Below are positions 1-16,174 of a stretch of 64,000 nt of DNA, one piece after another. The translations under genes were made by a program, and so were the position numbers. The notes below the pieces were generated by a model. It was not told the origin of the DNA and did not search any database. It saw only the letters and a list, made by a program, of their open reading frames with translations. Origin of the DNA: the human T2T-CHM13v2.0 reference genome, Homo sapiens; the NCBI RefSeq assembly GCF_009914755.1, contig NC_060929.1; one strand, 5' to 3'. The stretch's first letter is position 1; every line of letters starts with the position of its first letter.

Positions 1-214
<214 letters not shown>

Positions 215-935
215 TCATTAGGAGATGGTGATACAATATCAAAACATACTAGGTTTCAGAACCGTGTTATCTAGAGTAGTTATAGACTCTGGGAAACTCT
301 TATCTGGAAATAATACTAGTTGAGAAGAGATAGAAACTAGTTATAGTATAAAGACCTAGAATATATGGGTAAAGAAATTAGGAGTATCCTGAATGGCATT
401 TAGAAGCTGTGGAAAGTTAACCTATTCTTTTTTCCCCATCTGTAAATCTGTAAAACCAGGAATAACAATGATAATTCATACTTTGCAGAGTTCTGGGAAT
501 GAAGAAAATGTAAATAAAAACCTTGTACAGTCACTGGACCTAGAAATGGCAATTTACTGATAAACGACAAGCAGAGTGGAATCATTTTTTTTTTCTGTTT
601 TGTTTTTTGAGTAGAGAATGTGACAAATCTGTTTTAGGAATTAATCTGAAAGTAGCATATAAAGATAAATGGAAATAAGAAATTGGAAGAAAGGAAAGAA
701 TCGGGAGATATTTGAGTTCTTAATTGGGGCAGGATAAGATAATAAGAGACTGTGAAAGAAGAAAGAGAAATCTGATGATTTAATAAGATTCTAAAAGGAC
801 CGATTTTGCTTATTTTAAGCATCATGTTACTGAGCTATCATTGAAAGTAGACATAATCTAGCAATGTAGGCATATATTCATGCTTGAATTCATCCTCTTA
901 GGTTATGTGTTCTTTTGTCTCTCGTATGTCCCTAG

Positions 936-1117
936 CTCAGTTTTCAGTTCAGAAAGTCACTCCTCAGTCTGATGGCTCCAGTTCAAAAGTGAAAGTCAAA
1001 GTTCGAGTAAATGTCCATGGCATTTTCAGTGTGTCCAGTGCATCTTTAGTGGAGGTTCACAAGTCTGAGGAAAATGAGGAGCCAATGGAAACAGATCAGA
1101 ATGCAAAGGAGGAAGAG
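936..1117 (+). CDS. HSPA4: HSPA4 coding exon (probably exon 12), beta-sandwich end into acidic loop
   Basis: cctag|CT acceptor and GAG|gtaatc donor; 182 bp; (A)[60 protein letters not shown] matches human HSPA4. Confidence 0.97.
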
Positions 1118-1464
1118 GTAATCTAGACATTGTATACCACTTGTGATGGCCCAGAGGTGACTTGTCTAGAAATTGTAGCAAGCAGACTTGGTGGCAAGGC
1201 CGGAGCATTGTGACAGAGCTGCTGAGTGAGAGTGGGTTTGTATGTTTGCCCTTCCCCCAATATAAGTGAACCAGCAGTAGATTTTTATGCAGAATTTGTA
1301 TAGAAGTGGAACACAAGTTGATTTCTTCTTTCAGATCATACACTTCTCAACTTGAGTTATTCCTGATTCTGGTTGTTGAAGAGTGCTCTGAGTCTCAGTT
1401 AATTATTTTCAAAAGTAGAATTGATTGTACACTCATTTGTTGGAATTATGCACTGGGTCTTGTC

Positions 1465-1925
1465 TTCATTGTGCATCAGAATCAAAGCTTTACAAAACTA
1501 CAAATTACCTATGATTCCAGCACTTTGGGAGGCTGAGGCAGGAAGATTGCTTGAGCCCAGAAGTTTGAGGCCAGCCTGGGCAACAAAGTGAGACCCTCAT
1601 CTCTACAAAAAGTTAAAAACAACAACAACAACAACAAAAAAACTAGCCAGGTGTGGTGGCACACACCTGTGGTCCCACCTGCATGGGAGGCTGAGGCAGG
1701 AGGATTGCGTGAGCCTAGGAGGTCAAGGCTGCAGTGAGTCCTGTTTGCGCCACTGCACTCTAGCCTATGTGTCAGAGTGTGACCCTGCCTCAAGGAAAAC
1801 AAAACTACAAATGCTTGGGTTTCATCCCCACAGATTTTACTGAAGTTGGTCTGAGCTGAGGTAGCAGTAGTTTTAAAAGCCTCTCAGGTCATTCTAATAT
1901 GTTGCAGGCATTGAGAAGCCACTGG
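1465..1925. mobile_element. MER5-family hAT MITE split by a + strand AluJ (1506-1800)
   Basis: tgcatcagaatca...ctctcaggtcattctaatatgttgcaggcattgagaagccactg; the Alu is flanked by repeated aaaactacaaat. Confidence 0.7.
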
Positions 1926-2442
1926 TTCAGGCTCTCCACAAACCTTCTTTCATTGTTATTTTTAGGCTTTGTAATTTTAACGTGTTCGCCTCCCCGAGCA
2001 CATGCAGTGGTCATACTTTTGAGGATGAAGAGAGGCTGACTTAGGAACTATTTGAAAAAGTTGGAACTTTTGAGAGAAAATACCTTTGAGGAAGCCTGGA
2101 GAAGCTTATGCTCTCTTCAGGTTGTATTTTGTAGATTGTATTAAATGATGCCACATTGTGAACTGTGAGTACTTAATGGTGTACAAAGCAGTTCCACAGT
2201 TATTCTTGTGTATGTAAGGGTAGGGCAGGGCGAGTGTTATCCTCATTGTACAGATGTATTAACTAAGATCCAGAGCGGAAAACTTCTGTGTCCTAGGTAA
2301 TGTGGCCTACCTGGAATTTTAGCATAGGCCTTCTGATTGCTGGTAATTCAGCAGGAATTACATAACTATGTGACTTTGTCAATGTGTAATGAAGGTTGTT
2401 TAGTCTTCCTAATTGCAGGATTTAATTTGACCTGTTTTTCAG

Positions 2443-2532
2443 AAGATGCAAGTGGACCAGGAGGAACCACATGTTGAAGAGCAACAGCAGCAGACACCAG
2501 CAGAAAATAAGGCAGAGTCTGAAGAAATGGAG
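2443..2532 (+). CDS. HSPA4: HSPA4 coding exon (probably exon 13), acidic loop
   Basis: ttttcag|AAG ... GAG|gtatgc; 90 bp, phase 0-0; [30 protein letters not shown]. Confidence 0.96.
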
Positions 2533-2548
2533 GTATGCATTGGGTGGT

Positions 2549-2549
<1 letters not shown>

Positions 2550-2581
<32 letters not shown>

Positions 2582-2872
2582 AGACAGAGTTTCAGTCTGT
2601 TGCCCAGGCTGGAGTGCAGTGACATGATCTCGGCTCGCTGCATCCTCCACCTCCTGGGTTCAAGTGATTCTCCTACCTCAGCCTGCTGAGTAGCTGGGAT
2701 TACAGACGCCCACCACCACGGCAGCTATTTTTTTTTTTTTTTTGTATTTTTTAGTAGAGTTAGGGTTTCACTGTGTTGGCTAGGCAGGTCTCGAACTTCT
2801 GACCTCAGGTGATCCACCTGTCTTGTCCTCCCAAAGTGCTAGTATTACAGGCGTGAGCCACCACACCCGGCT
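2550..2872 (-). mobile_element. AluS, antisense, starting 17 nt after the exon donor
   Basis: T-tract followed by a full reverse-complement Alu dimer. Confidence 0.93.
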
Positions 2873-3155
2873 GAGTTGTGTTTTAGAGTATGCACTGCAG
2901 TCTTTTTAAAGTACATGGTTTTGGCTGAGGGGCAGTGTCTTGAAAGATAGTTATACTAGAAACTCTTAATTTATTTGAACAATTTTTTTAGGAAGATTTT
3001 GTAGTGATTTGTAATGTGCTATTTGCAAGATGGCCTTTAAACTCTCTCCTGGTTGATACATGGGAAGAAAGCACTCAGGAATCCTAGTTTTACTAGGCTA
3101 GTGATTTATTTATGCTAGTTTCTGAATGGCTTATACTAAGTCTTTCTACCCATAA

Positions 3156-3838
<683 letters not shown>

Positions 3839-4779
3839 GTTATTTTAAATAATGGAATAATGGATTTAAATATATTTTGTGATTAATGTAAATAATGTAT
3901 TTATTTCAAAAAGAGTAGTAACATTTTTGAATCCTTTACAACCTATTCTTTAATTTTGAGTTGTCATGTTTAAATTTTTTTATCATTGAAAATATCTTTT
4001 ATTTATAAAATTACAATGTATAATCTCACCATCTTAGGAGTTTCTAATTTTAAAAAGTTTCTAATTTTTACAAATTTCTAATTTAAAAGTGACATTTAAA
4101 AAAGTTGGACAGAACCTTAAAGTGGCTTAAGTCCGTTGTATATTTTCATGTCAATTAACAAAATTTAATTGCTTTTCTTTAGCTGTGCAAGTAATATTAA
4201 AAAGGAAAATGGACAGGAAATGGTGCTTACAGATTCTTTAGTTGGGTCAGGCCTTTTTCAAGATGGAAGACCCTTTATGTTGTTGGGTGGGATGGGGGCA
4301 GCAGTGGCAGAGACAAGGACTTGTTCTCCTATATGTTTGTGGAAGGTGGGTGAAGAGAAGGGAGAAGTGACGGCTGCTTCCCCAATGCCTTTGAGCTGTG
4401 GGAGGGGGTTTTAGAGGTATTAGTTATCTAGGCTTCCTTGGGATGGCTCAGAAACTAAAGTGCCTTTTGCATAGCATTGCTTCTAAAGGCAAATGAAATA
4501 GAAATGATAGATAAATTTCAGCAGCCGACTTAAGTTAGTTATAGGAGGTGGGAAATGACATTAAGGTTTTGCTTTATCATAGAACAAATTGAATTCCAGA
4601 TGAATTCTAAAGTTGAAAGTTGAAAAAGCTTGAAGTGAATATTTTTCTAATCTGTGGATGAGGAAGGGCTTTCAGAGTATGAAAGCAACATAAGTAATCT
4701 CAAAGGAAAAGATGGATAGATTTGACAGTCAAAACTTATATGTAGACAAATAATACAGTTAGAAAAAACTAGAAGAGTC

Positions 4780-5106
<327 letters not shown>

Positions 5107-5454
5107 CTAAGAGAAGAGTGGATAAAATATTACTAGGCAGTTTGAGGAAATAGTTACATATGGCTTGTAAGTGTCTGAAAAAGGTTAAAAGAAACTCATA
5201 CTGAATAACAGTGAGATGATGTTAAATGAATTCTCATTTGTGGACAGGGTGCAGTGGAATGAGTTTTTTCCTTGTGAGAATATAAATAGTTACAGACATT
5301 ATAGAAATCAAATTACCAATATGTTACTACTGATCCATAGATATTTCATACCCTCCTCCTCACTAACTTCATTTGAATGTCTATATGTTTAAATAAAGGT
5401 AGAAAAATTTTTAATAGTAATTATATATTGATACGGGATTGTAGGAGATATGTA

Positions 5455-5670
5455 TTTTATAAAATTTACCATCTTAACTGCTTTTAAGTGTACCATTCAG
5501 TAGTGTTAAGTAGATAGACATTGTGGTGTAACCAATCTTCAGAACTTCATCTTGAAAAACTGAAACTCTATACCCATTAAATAACTTTCCATTATTCCCC
5601 TCCCCCATCCCCTGACAGCCACTATTCTGCTTCCATTTTTATGAATTTGACTGCTCTAGATACCTCATTG
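5455..5670 (-). mobile_element. L1MB-type 3' end fragment
   Basis: aaaatttaccatcttaac...aactgaaactctatacccattaaa...tatgaatttgactgctctagatacctcat. Confidence 0.75.
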
Positions 5671-5839
5671 TATTTACTTATTTTTTATTTTCTAGATGTT
5701 ATGGTAGTCCTAAGTTACTTAGATCATCATCAAAAGAGAACGAAGTAAAAAAAGCAAAAACAGTTTTCCAACATGACTCATTTTGAAGTTTAAGGTAGTC
5801 TGTATATGTGTTTGTTCTTAATGATTTCTATTGTTTTAG

Positions 5840-5992
5840 ACCTCTCAAGCTGGATCCAAGGATAAAAAGATGGACCAACCACCCCAAGCCAAGAAGGCAA
5901 AAGTGAAGACCAGTACTGTGGACCTGCCAATCGAGAATCAGCTATTATGGCAGATAGACAGAGAGATGCTCAACTTGTACATTGAAAATGAG
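5840..5992 (+). CDS. HSPA4: HSPA4 coding exon (probably exon 14)
   Basis: ttttag|ACC ... GAG|gttgtt; 153 bp; [51 protein letters not shown]. Confidence 0.96.
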
Positions 5993-6902
5993 GTTGTTAT
6001 TTAAAGTCTATTGGAACAATGAGCTAACAAATTAATGTTACCATAGTATTCAGACTCTGTGTCTAGTGACTTTTTGCATTTTTGATTGTTTGGACTTAGA
6101 GAAAATAAATTAGACTTTTGTGTGATATTGTAAGGGCAAGTTGAAGCAATAGATCCCATGTTATGTCAATTCTTTTATGGTGGTACTAAGATGTCTGTAT
6201 TGCTAGAAGCTCTGTTATGAAAATTTTGACATATAATGTCTTTGGTGTAGGGGAGGTATTGTTCATTTTTGAATACGTGGGTATATTTGTTCACTAGAGA
6301 TTGGGATATTTGAGGTTGGTGGTCATGGAAGTTATTCAGTAGGAGAAATCGTATGGCATTAATGGTGGCAGTATTTTGCTTATTCCTTTCCGTTGCCAGT
6401 CAGTATGTAAATATAGTAACTCTTACTGAGTGATGCAAGGTTTGGGATTTGTGAGCACATTTATTGAATTAATTTTTGTCTATGAGGTTTCTTACCAGGT
6501 TTCCACTGGATCTTAGAATAGTTTTGTCTTATGGAAACTTCAGCATTTATACTGCGTGAATGAATTTGATTTTTCTTATCTCATATTAATACAGCAGAGG
6601 ATATCACTTAGTGACATTGAACCAATAGTTTTTTAAATTTCTCTTGTCTTAAATTCTTTAATTTTGCTTTTGAGTGTCTACACCTTGATATTTCTATTGT
6701 TCTTTTTTTTAATCCCACCTACAAAACTCTTTTTGATATTCAAAGTCTGTCAAGGATTAGTCTTCCCACTTACCTTTGTTATGTGACTTGCAGAACTAAA
6801 AGGATTTGGGGAAGAAAGAGTCTCTACTTTTATAATTATATTGGTATTTAAGAGGAAATTAGTTGTCCTAATGTCTGATTTATACATAATATTTATTCTC
6901 AG

Positions 6903-7028
6903 GGTAAGATGATCATGCAGGATAAACTGGAGAAGGAGCGGAATGATGCTAAGAACGCAGTGGAGGAATATGTGTATGAAATGAGAGACAAGCTTAGTGG
7001 TGAATATGAGAAGTTTGTGAGTGAAGAT
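6903..7028 (+). CDS. HSPA4: HSPA4 coding exon (probably exon 15), helical lid
   Basis: ttctcag|GGT ... GAT|gtaagt; 126 bp; [42 protein letters not shown]. Confidence 0.97.
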
Positions 7029-7206
7029 GTAAGTCTGCCACAATATGCCTAACTACTGTGTGTCTTCTGTGAACATCTTTAAGTGGGTTAGAAGGGAAGT
7101 GTGCAGCTATATGTGTATAGTAGAATTATTAAAAATGGAGTTTTTCTGGGGGGGGCAAAATTTTATATTTTTTTATATATTTCTCTATTAGTACAGTGTT
7201 TAGTAA

Positions 7207-7590
<384 letters not shown>

Positions 7591-7654
7591 TGTATTTTTC
7601 TTTAAATTGTTAAAGCTCACTTTTTCCTGTTTATTGTAACTCAGAATTTTTAGT

Positions 7655-8708
<1,054 letters not shown>

Positions 8709-8881
8709 ATGCACTTGCTTTTACATGCAGTTTTTATTCTGAAATTTTTTAACTTACCGAAAGCCCTCCACGGCAGGGAGAATAATATAATAAAACTCCC
8801 CATACCTATCAAGTAGACCAACATTTGCCATCCTTGTTTTCTGTATCTCCCATCTCCTTACTCCCCCTGTATCTTATCTTA

Positions 8882-9174
8882 TTTTTTTTGAAATGGAGCC
8901 TTGCTCTGTTGCCCAGGCTGGAGTGCAGTGGCCCCATCTTGGGTCACTGCAACCTCCGCCTCCTGAGTTCAGGCAGTTCCCCTGCTTCAGCCTTTGTAGT
9001 AGCTGGGATTACAGGTGTCTACCATCACGCCCGGGTAATTTTTTTTGTATTTTTAGTGGAGACGGGGTTTCACCATGTTGGCCAGGCTGTTCTTGAACTC
9101 CTGACCTCAGGTGATCCACCTGCCTCAGCCTCCCAAAGTGCTGGGATTACAAGTGTGAGCCACTGCACCTGGCT
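8882..9174 (-). mobile_element. AluS
   Basis: Reverse-complement dimer. Confidence 0.9.
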
Positions 9175-9286
9175 GCCCTCTGTATTTTAAAGCAAATCTC
9201 AGATACATCATTATATTCTATGCCTCTGACTGTATTGGGGATGTAATTTTTGATTGACCTAATTATAATATTTTCTTTATCATTAG

Positions 9287-9394
9287 GATCGTAACAGTTT
9301 TACTTTGAAACTGGAAGATACTGAAAATTGGTTGTATGAGGATGGAGAAGACCAGCCAAAGCAAGTTTATGTTGATAAGTTGGCTGAATTAAAA
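9287..9394 (+). CDS. HSPA4: HSPA4 coding exon (probably exon 16)
   Basis: cattag|GAT ... AAA|gtaagt; 108 bp; [36 protein letters not shown] with the Hsp110 ENWLYEDG motif. Confidence 0.97.
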
Positions 9395-9733
9395 GTAAGT
9401 GACTCTTGAGAGCAGAGGTATCCAGAACCCTTGTTGAAGCTTCCTCTGAGGAGCTCAAATTTGGGAGGAATTCTCAAGTAAAGACAGACTGAAAATGATG
9501 TTTGATGAACTAAAATAAACCCTTTATGACTTAGGCTCATTATCATTCTCACTTTTAGAACCTTGTAATAACAAAATGATTTTTCTGAAAATTGACTTTA
9601 GGTTTGTAATGTTTCACTGAACTGGATGTTTAGTGCATTCTTGGTGTCAAGAGATAAAATGACTGCAAGACTTAGTACCTGCCCTAAAGGCACAGGGAAT
9701 GCAGCTGGAGCAGGGCTGTTTCTGTTTATGTAG

Positions 9734-10110
<377 letters not shown>

Positions 10111-10142
10111 AAAGCATCTGGTTTTGTATTTAAAGCATCTGA

Positions 10143-10411
<269 letters not shown>

Positions 10412-10569
10412 AGCATCTGATCTTTTAACATTAGGATTAAACATGAAAGAATTACATAAAATTGAGGCCTTTTGTTCAGAAAAGGTTGCAGATGCACAAG
10501 AATGAACTTTTTACATTTCTCTTTAAATTTAGCTCTGGATTACTTGGTTTCTTGTGGAACTGGGCCATT

Positions 10570-10847
10570 TTGAATCTCACTCTGTCAGTCGGGCTGGAGT
10601 TCAGTGGTGTTATCACGGCTTACTGCAGCCTCGACCTCCCATGCTCAAGTGGTCCTTCTGCCTTAGTCTCCCAAGTAGCTAGGACTACAGCTGTGCGCCA
10701 TCACGCCTGGCTGTTTTAATTTTTTTTGTAGGGAAAGGGTCTCCCTGTGTTGCCCAGACTGGTATGGGTACTCCTGGACTCAAGCAATTCTCCTGCCTTG
10801 GTCTCCCAAAGTGCTGGGATTACAGGCATGAGCCACCGAACCTGACC
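10570..10847 (-). mobile_element. AluJ
   Basis: ctgcagcctcgacctcc and ttgcccagactgg J-type features. Confidence 0.85.
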
Positions 10848-11500
10848 AAGCACATCTTAATATCACTGTTGTATTAAGTTTTCAAGTTCCAGTTATTTCA
10901 TAAATGATTTTTTTGTTTGAATCAGTATCCGTATAGGGCTCATAGATTTTATTGATGTCGCTTATAACTGTGTCTATAGTTCTTCTTCCGTTATTTCCCC
11001 ATGTCGCCCCACCCTTTCCTTATTTAGTTTATGAGGAAATTGGATCATTGGTCCTGTAGGATTTTCCTCTAGTTGGATTTTGCTGATTTTCACCTCCCTG
11101 GTGGTATTTAACATTATTTGTTAAATTGATGGTTACATTTAGAGGCTCCATCAGATTCAGATGTTTAAGATTTTAAATTAAAACATTTTTTATTTTTGGC
11201 AAGTATACTTTATATTTAGTACTGTGTATCTCCATTAGGAGGCACCTAATTTTTGGTGGTCTCCCTGCTGTGTTTTGAGGGCTCAGGTGACAAATTGAAG
11301 CGATTCCAGATGGATCAGTGTTGAGGTATAGTTTCATTCCCCTCCTGAAGTAGCTTCATATTTCCAAAGGCCTGGAGAAATATATTTAACTTCTTATATA
11401 TAGCACACGGAGATTAAATGTACTTTATCACTAGTTTTAGTGGAATCAGTACTCTGGATCGTTGAACTGCCGTATGAAGACTGTGTATTCTTCTGTTAAG

Positions 11501-11620
11501 AATCTAGGTCAACCTATTAAGATACGTTTCCAGGAATCTGAAGAACGACCAAAATTATTTGAAGAACTAGGGAAACAGATCCAACAGTATATGAAAATAA
11601 TCAGCTCTTTCAAAAACAAG
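11501..11620 (+). CDS. HSPA4: HSPA4 coding exon (probably exon 17)
   Basis: ctgttaag|AAT ... AAG|gtaact; 120 bp; [40 protein letters not shown]. Confidence 0.96.
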
Positions 11621-11624
11621 GTAA

Positions 11625-11999
<375 letters not shown>

Positions 12000-12469
12000 T
12001 AGCATTTTTTTCTCTTGTTCTCATTAACTTGTTTAATAGCACTTTTTATTTTGGATATTAATGTAATGTGTAATGTTTTATAGCGTCTTAATAAGAACCA
12101 TAGGATTTGCTGTATCTCTTTAATAGGTGGAATCTGGAATTGAACAGTGTTGTTCAGTTTCCTTTTCGTTGGTGTTTGACTTAACATGCACTATCCTGGT
12201 CTTTCTAACACCTGAGGCCAGTAATTATCCACACAGTACCTTTATAAGGTAGGGGGTGGTATCAACATTTATAGATAAATTCCAACTTATTGAAGCCTCA
12301 CTTTCCTTAAGCAACATTCAGGGTCACTAAATTGGGAGAACTGTCATTTAGCCAGAAGTCTGACTCCAAAGTTCAGACTTTGGAGTATAAAGTTCCTCCA
12401 TTATACCCCAGGTTCTTGACATATTGTTAGTGTAAGAAACTTTGAATGATAAATTGAGCTTTTGTGGGT

Positions 12470-13099
<630 letters not shown>

Positions 13100-13112
13100 G
13101 AAAGGCCTTCTT

Positions 13113-13214
13113 CTTCTTTTTTTTTTTTGAGATGTAGTCTCGCTCTGTTGCCCAGGCTGGAGTGCAGTGGTGTGATCTCGGCTCACTGCAAGCTCCGCCT
13201 CCTGGGTTCACGTC
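13113..13214 (-). mobile_element. Severely 5'-truncated AluY
   Basis: Only ~85 nt of the right arm plus tail; TSD aaaggccttctt at 13101-13112 and 13215-13226, followed by TT/AA. Confidence 0.85.
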
Positions 13215-13606
13215 AAAGGCCTTCTTTTAAAAATAGTATTCATTATAGTTTTGGTTCCGAACTAGCATGCTGAAACTTCAGCTCTCATATCTAATGTAAT
13301 TTTTTTGCATTGTGAAATTATCTTCCTAAGATTTTGTATAAATCGGGTGCTGCTGTTTATCTTGTTGAAGCCTTTTAATTGATACCTTATGAATTTTCTT
13401 GACCTTTAAAATTTAAATCTATCCTGAGTGTATTCAAAAATTGTGGTTAGGTTTCTTTTGAATAATTCTGTTCAGATTGTGAGGCTAAATATGCTTTATT
13501 TTTTGAAAGATTATAAGTTTTTGAAAAATGGCAGAAACTAGACAGTAGTTGCGGGGAGGGAGGGTATCACACTTTTAGCACTTGTTTGACTGTCTCCTGG
13601 TTGCAG

Positions 13607-13768
13607 GAGGACCAGTATGATCATTTGGATGCTGCTGACATGACAAAGGTAGAAAAAAGCACAAATGAAGCAATGGAGTGGATGAATAACAAGCTAAATC
13701 TGCAGAACAAGCAGAGTTTGACCATGGATCCAGTTGTCAAGTCAAAAGAGATTGAAGCTAAAATTAAG
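13607..13768 (+). CDS. HSPA4: HSPA4 coding exon (probably exon 18)
   Basis: ttgcag|GAG ... AAG|gtaatt; 162 bp; [54 protein letters not shown]. Confidence 0.97.
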
Positions 13769-13974
13769 GTAATTTAAGACTTTTTTTTAATAGTCTTTTC
13801 TTGACAGCCTTATTATTAATAGTCCTCAAGTGACACTTAGGAGGGAACTTTATTATAGTGTTTTAGCTTCTAGGTTGAGGATTGGGTGGTGGGAGAGGGC
13901 GGATTTGGGTTTAGCATGGCTTGTAAAATTTGTTAATTTTATAAGAAACCAGTTTTCTGTCTTACCCATTCCAG

Positions 13975-14178
13975 GAGCTGACAAGTACTTGTAGCCCTAT
14001 AATTTCAAAGCCCAAACCCAAAGTGGAACCTCCAAAAGAGGAACAAAAAAATGCAGAGCAGAATGGACCAGTGGATGGACAAGGAGACAACCCAGGCCCC
14101 CAGGCTGCTGAGCAGGGTACAGACACAGCTGTGCCTTCGGATTCAGACAAGAAGCTTCCTGAAATGGACATTGATTGA
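13975..14178 (+). CDS. HSPA4: HSPA4 terminal coding exon (probably exon 19) to the stop codon
   Basis: ttccag|GAG; [24 protein letters not shown]...[11 protein letters not shown] then TGA at 14176-14178. Confidence 0.97.
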   Translation, partial: ELTSTCSPIISKPKPKVEPPKEEQKNAEQNGPVDGQGDNPGPQAAEQGTDTAVPSDSDKKLPEMDID

Positions 14179-14740
14179 TTCCAACACTTGTTTCTATTAA
14201 AACAGACTATTATAAAGCTTTAAGTTGTCAACTTTGTTCTAAATATCAACTAGCGCAAGTGAATACTGAAGATTTCTTAGTCAGTTTTTAGGGGATTTTC
14301 GGGGAGGGGAAATAGGTAATGTATGGAGCATTTTCACTTCTAAATAGTTAGATACAGAAATTAAGTGCATTGTATCTTTTTCATAATGGTACTATTTAGA
14401 AGCCCAGTTAGTCTTACTGAGCTTATGCTTCACTCCTTTATGTTTAACCATGTGTCTACAAGAATAAGTTTGTTTTGGAAAGTTGAGCTATAGCTACAGC
14501 TCTAGCTATCCAGCAGACTTTTCATTATGACTTACATGGCAGGAGCTCTAATTATGCTTTAAAAATCTGTTGTGGAGATTGCTTTAAATGCTCCCTGCCT
14601 GGTGTGGGGATGGGGTCCCCCTCTTTGTGAGGGCTGGAGCATGGCACGGCATGGATTAACACGGCAGAGGAACAAAGGTGTGCTCTGAGCTTCTTCATAT
14701 TTCACCTTCACCCTCACCTGTGTTCTCTTCCCTCTCTCCC

Positions 14741-14746
14741 AATAAA
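14741..14746 (+). terminator. Proximal polyadenylation signal AATAAA
   Basis: Canonical hexamer ~560 nt after the stop, followed by tgtacttctctt. Confidence 0.65.
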
Positions 14747-15831
14747 AGGGCTCCCATTATAAATGCCATGTACTTCTCTTGGGAAAATAGACCCCCTTGC
14801 CTAGAGTAAGTTGTTAACTGAGGGCTTTAAACCTGGAGGCTCTTCCTGAAAGTATGTTCATGAATACCCCAAGCATCAAGGTCTAAATAATTTTCAGAAG
14901 ATTAGAATTGGGTAGATATACTGTTGGATATAGCCATGGTAAATTTAACTGAGGAATTAAATCCTTGTTAATTTTGGTGTAAAGATTTGTATCCTGGCCT
15001 GTTTATTCAGGTGGGAGATGTTCTGTATAATTTTGAGGTATAGCTTGAACTCCTAGAACAAGAGTTAAAAGTTCTTTTTAGCTCATTCACAATCACTTGT
15101 GTGTTAAGTGTTAATATCTGTCATGAACCTGCCAATTTGTACGTGTTAAGCAGCTGACAGATGATGCAAAAAAAACTAAGATACACTGGATTGTACTGGA
15201 TGAGTCTGAAATTAGTGTTAAAGAAGTGTGGTGCCTGATGTTATAACAACACCTCATTCTTAACTGTGTGGCCAATGTCAGGTATACCAAAGCATTCCTC
15301 TGACTGCTTTTTGGGGCAGTGTTGACAGGAGTGAGGCATTTTGGAAACTCCAAGGGAAGCCTGTGTTTGAGGCCAGAGTTGGTACCTGCTTTAAGAAACT
15401 GTTACAGGGCTTGTTGGTAATGTTTTGAATCTTTGTAAAAATTGATATTCTGTATAACAGAGTGCCTCTCTGTTACTTTTGGCCTATGTTGTTAGAAATA
15501 AGATGCTATCTTGCATAGTTAGAATTAAGCGTTTGTCCATCTCTAGATAACATTGAAAAGTTTGAGTGTTACAGGCTCTAAAGTGCAATGGAGAACAATT
15601 GCTTAGGAGGAGGAAGGGGAAAGTATACTTATGTTGGTGTGTAAGCATGCATGGAGGCCTCGAGGCACCACAACAAGGCCAGGTTCTTAGCACATCCTCT
15701 GTTCTCTACCTGTCATGCTTCAAGAGTTCCAGCTGGCCTGCTGTGAAGCCAGTAGCTATTTTAAAAGTGCTGGCTGCAGGATTAAGCCAACCCTTTACAA
15801 CTGGCCCAGACCGTAATGGCCATTTCTTCTT

Positions 15832-15840
15832 AAAAAAAAA

Positions 15841-15904
<64 letters not shown>

Positions 15905-15932
15905 GGGAAGGGTGTGGGTGCTGGGATGGGGG
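15832..15932 (+). repeat. Compound simple repeat A13-T38-GG-(TG)10 followed by five G-tracts
   Basis: Read directly from the sequence. Confidence 0.95.
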
Positions 15933-16163
15933 TGAATTTCAAGTTGAAACACGATGATGTGGTCTGCTTGCTCTCTGCTTAGACAGGCTTTAAGACCAAT
16001 TGGATTTTCATGGAGGCCAGGACAGAGAGTGGTAATTGATGGCTTGTGTACAGACAAGCATTTATCCAGGTTGCGTTATCCAAACTGATTTGTTAAAGCT
16101 CCAGGTCACGTTCTTACACTAAGAAAATCATTCAGTAAACATGAGACAAGTTTAGGAAAAACT

Positions 16164-16174
16164 AATAAAATAAA
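16164..16174 (+). terminator. Distal polyadenylation signal (two overlapping AATAAA)
   Basis: AATAAAATAAA followed by a long GT-rich tract at ~16224-16300; a further AATAAA lies at 16305-16310. Confidence 0.75.

Noticed and set aside
2550-2587. Antisense-Alu acceptor (T-run, gagacag) as an exonisation site
   Set aside because: It would define an intron of only ~55 nt from the upstream donor, below the usual human minimum.
13962-14171. Antisense 69-aa ORF over the last HSPA4 exon
   Set aside because: Shadow ORF of the coding strand with no independent support.
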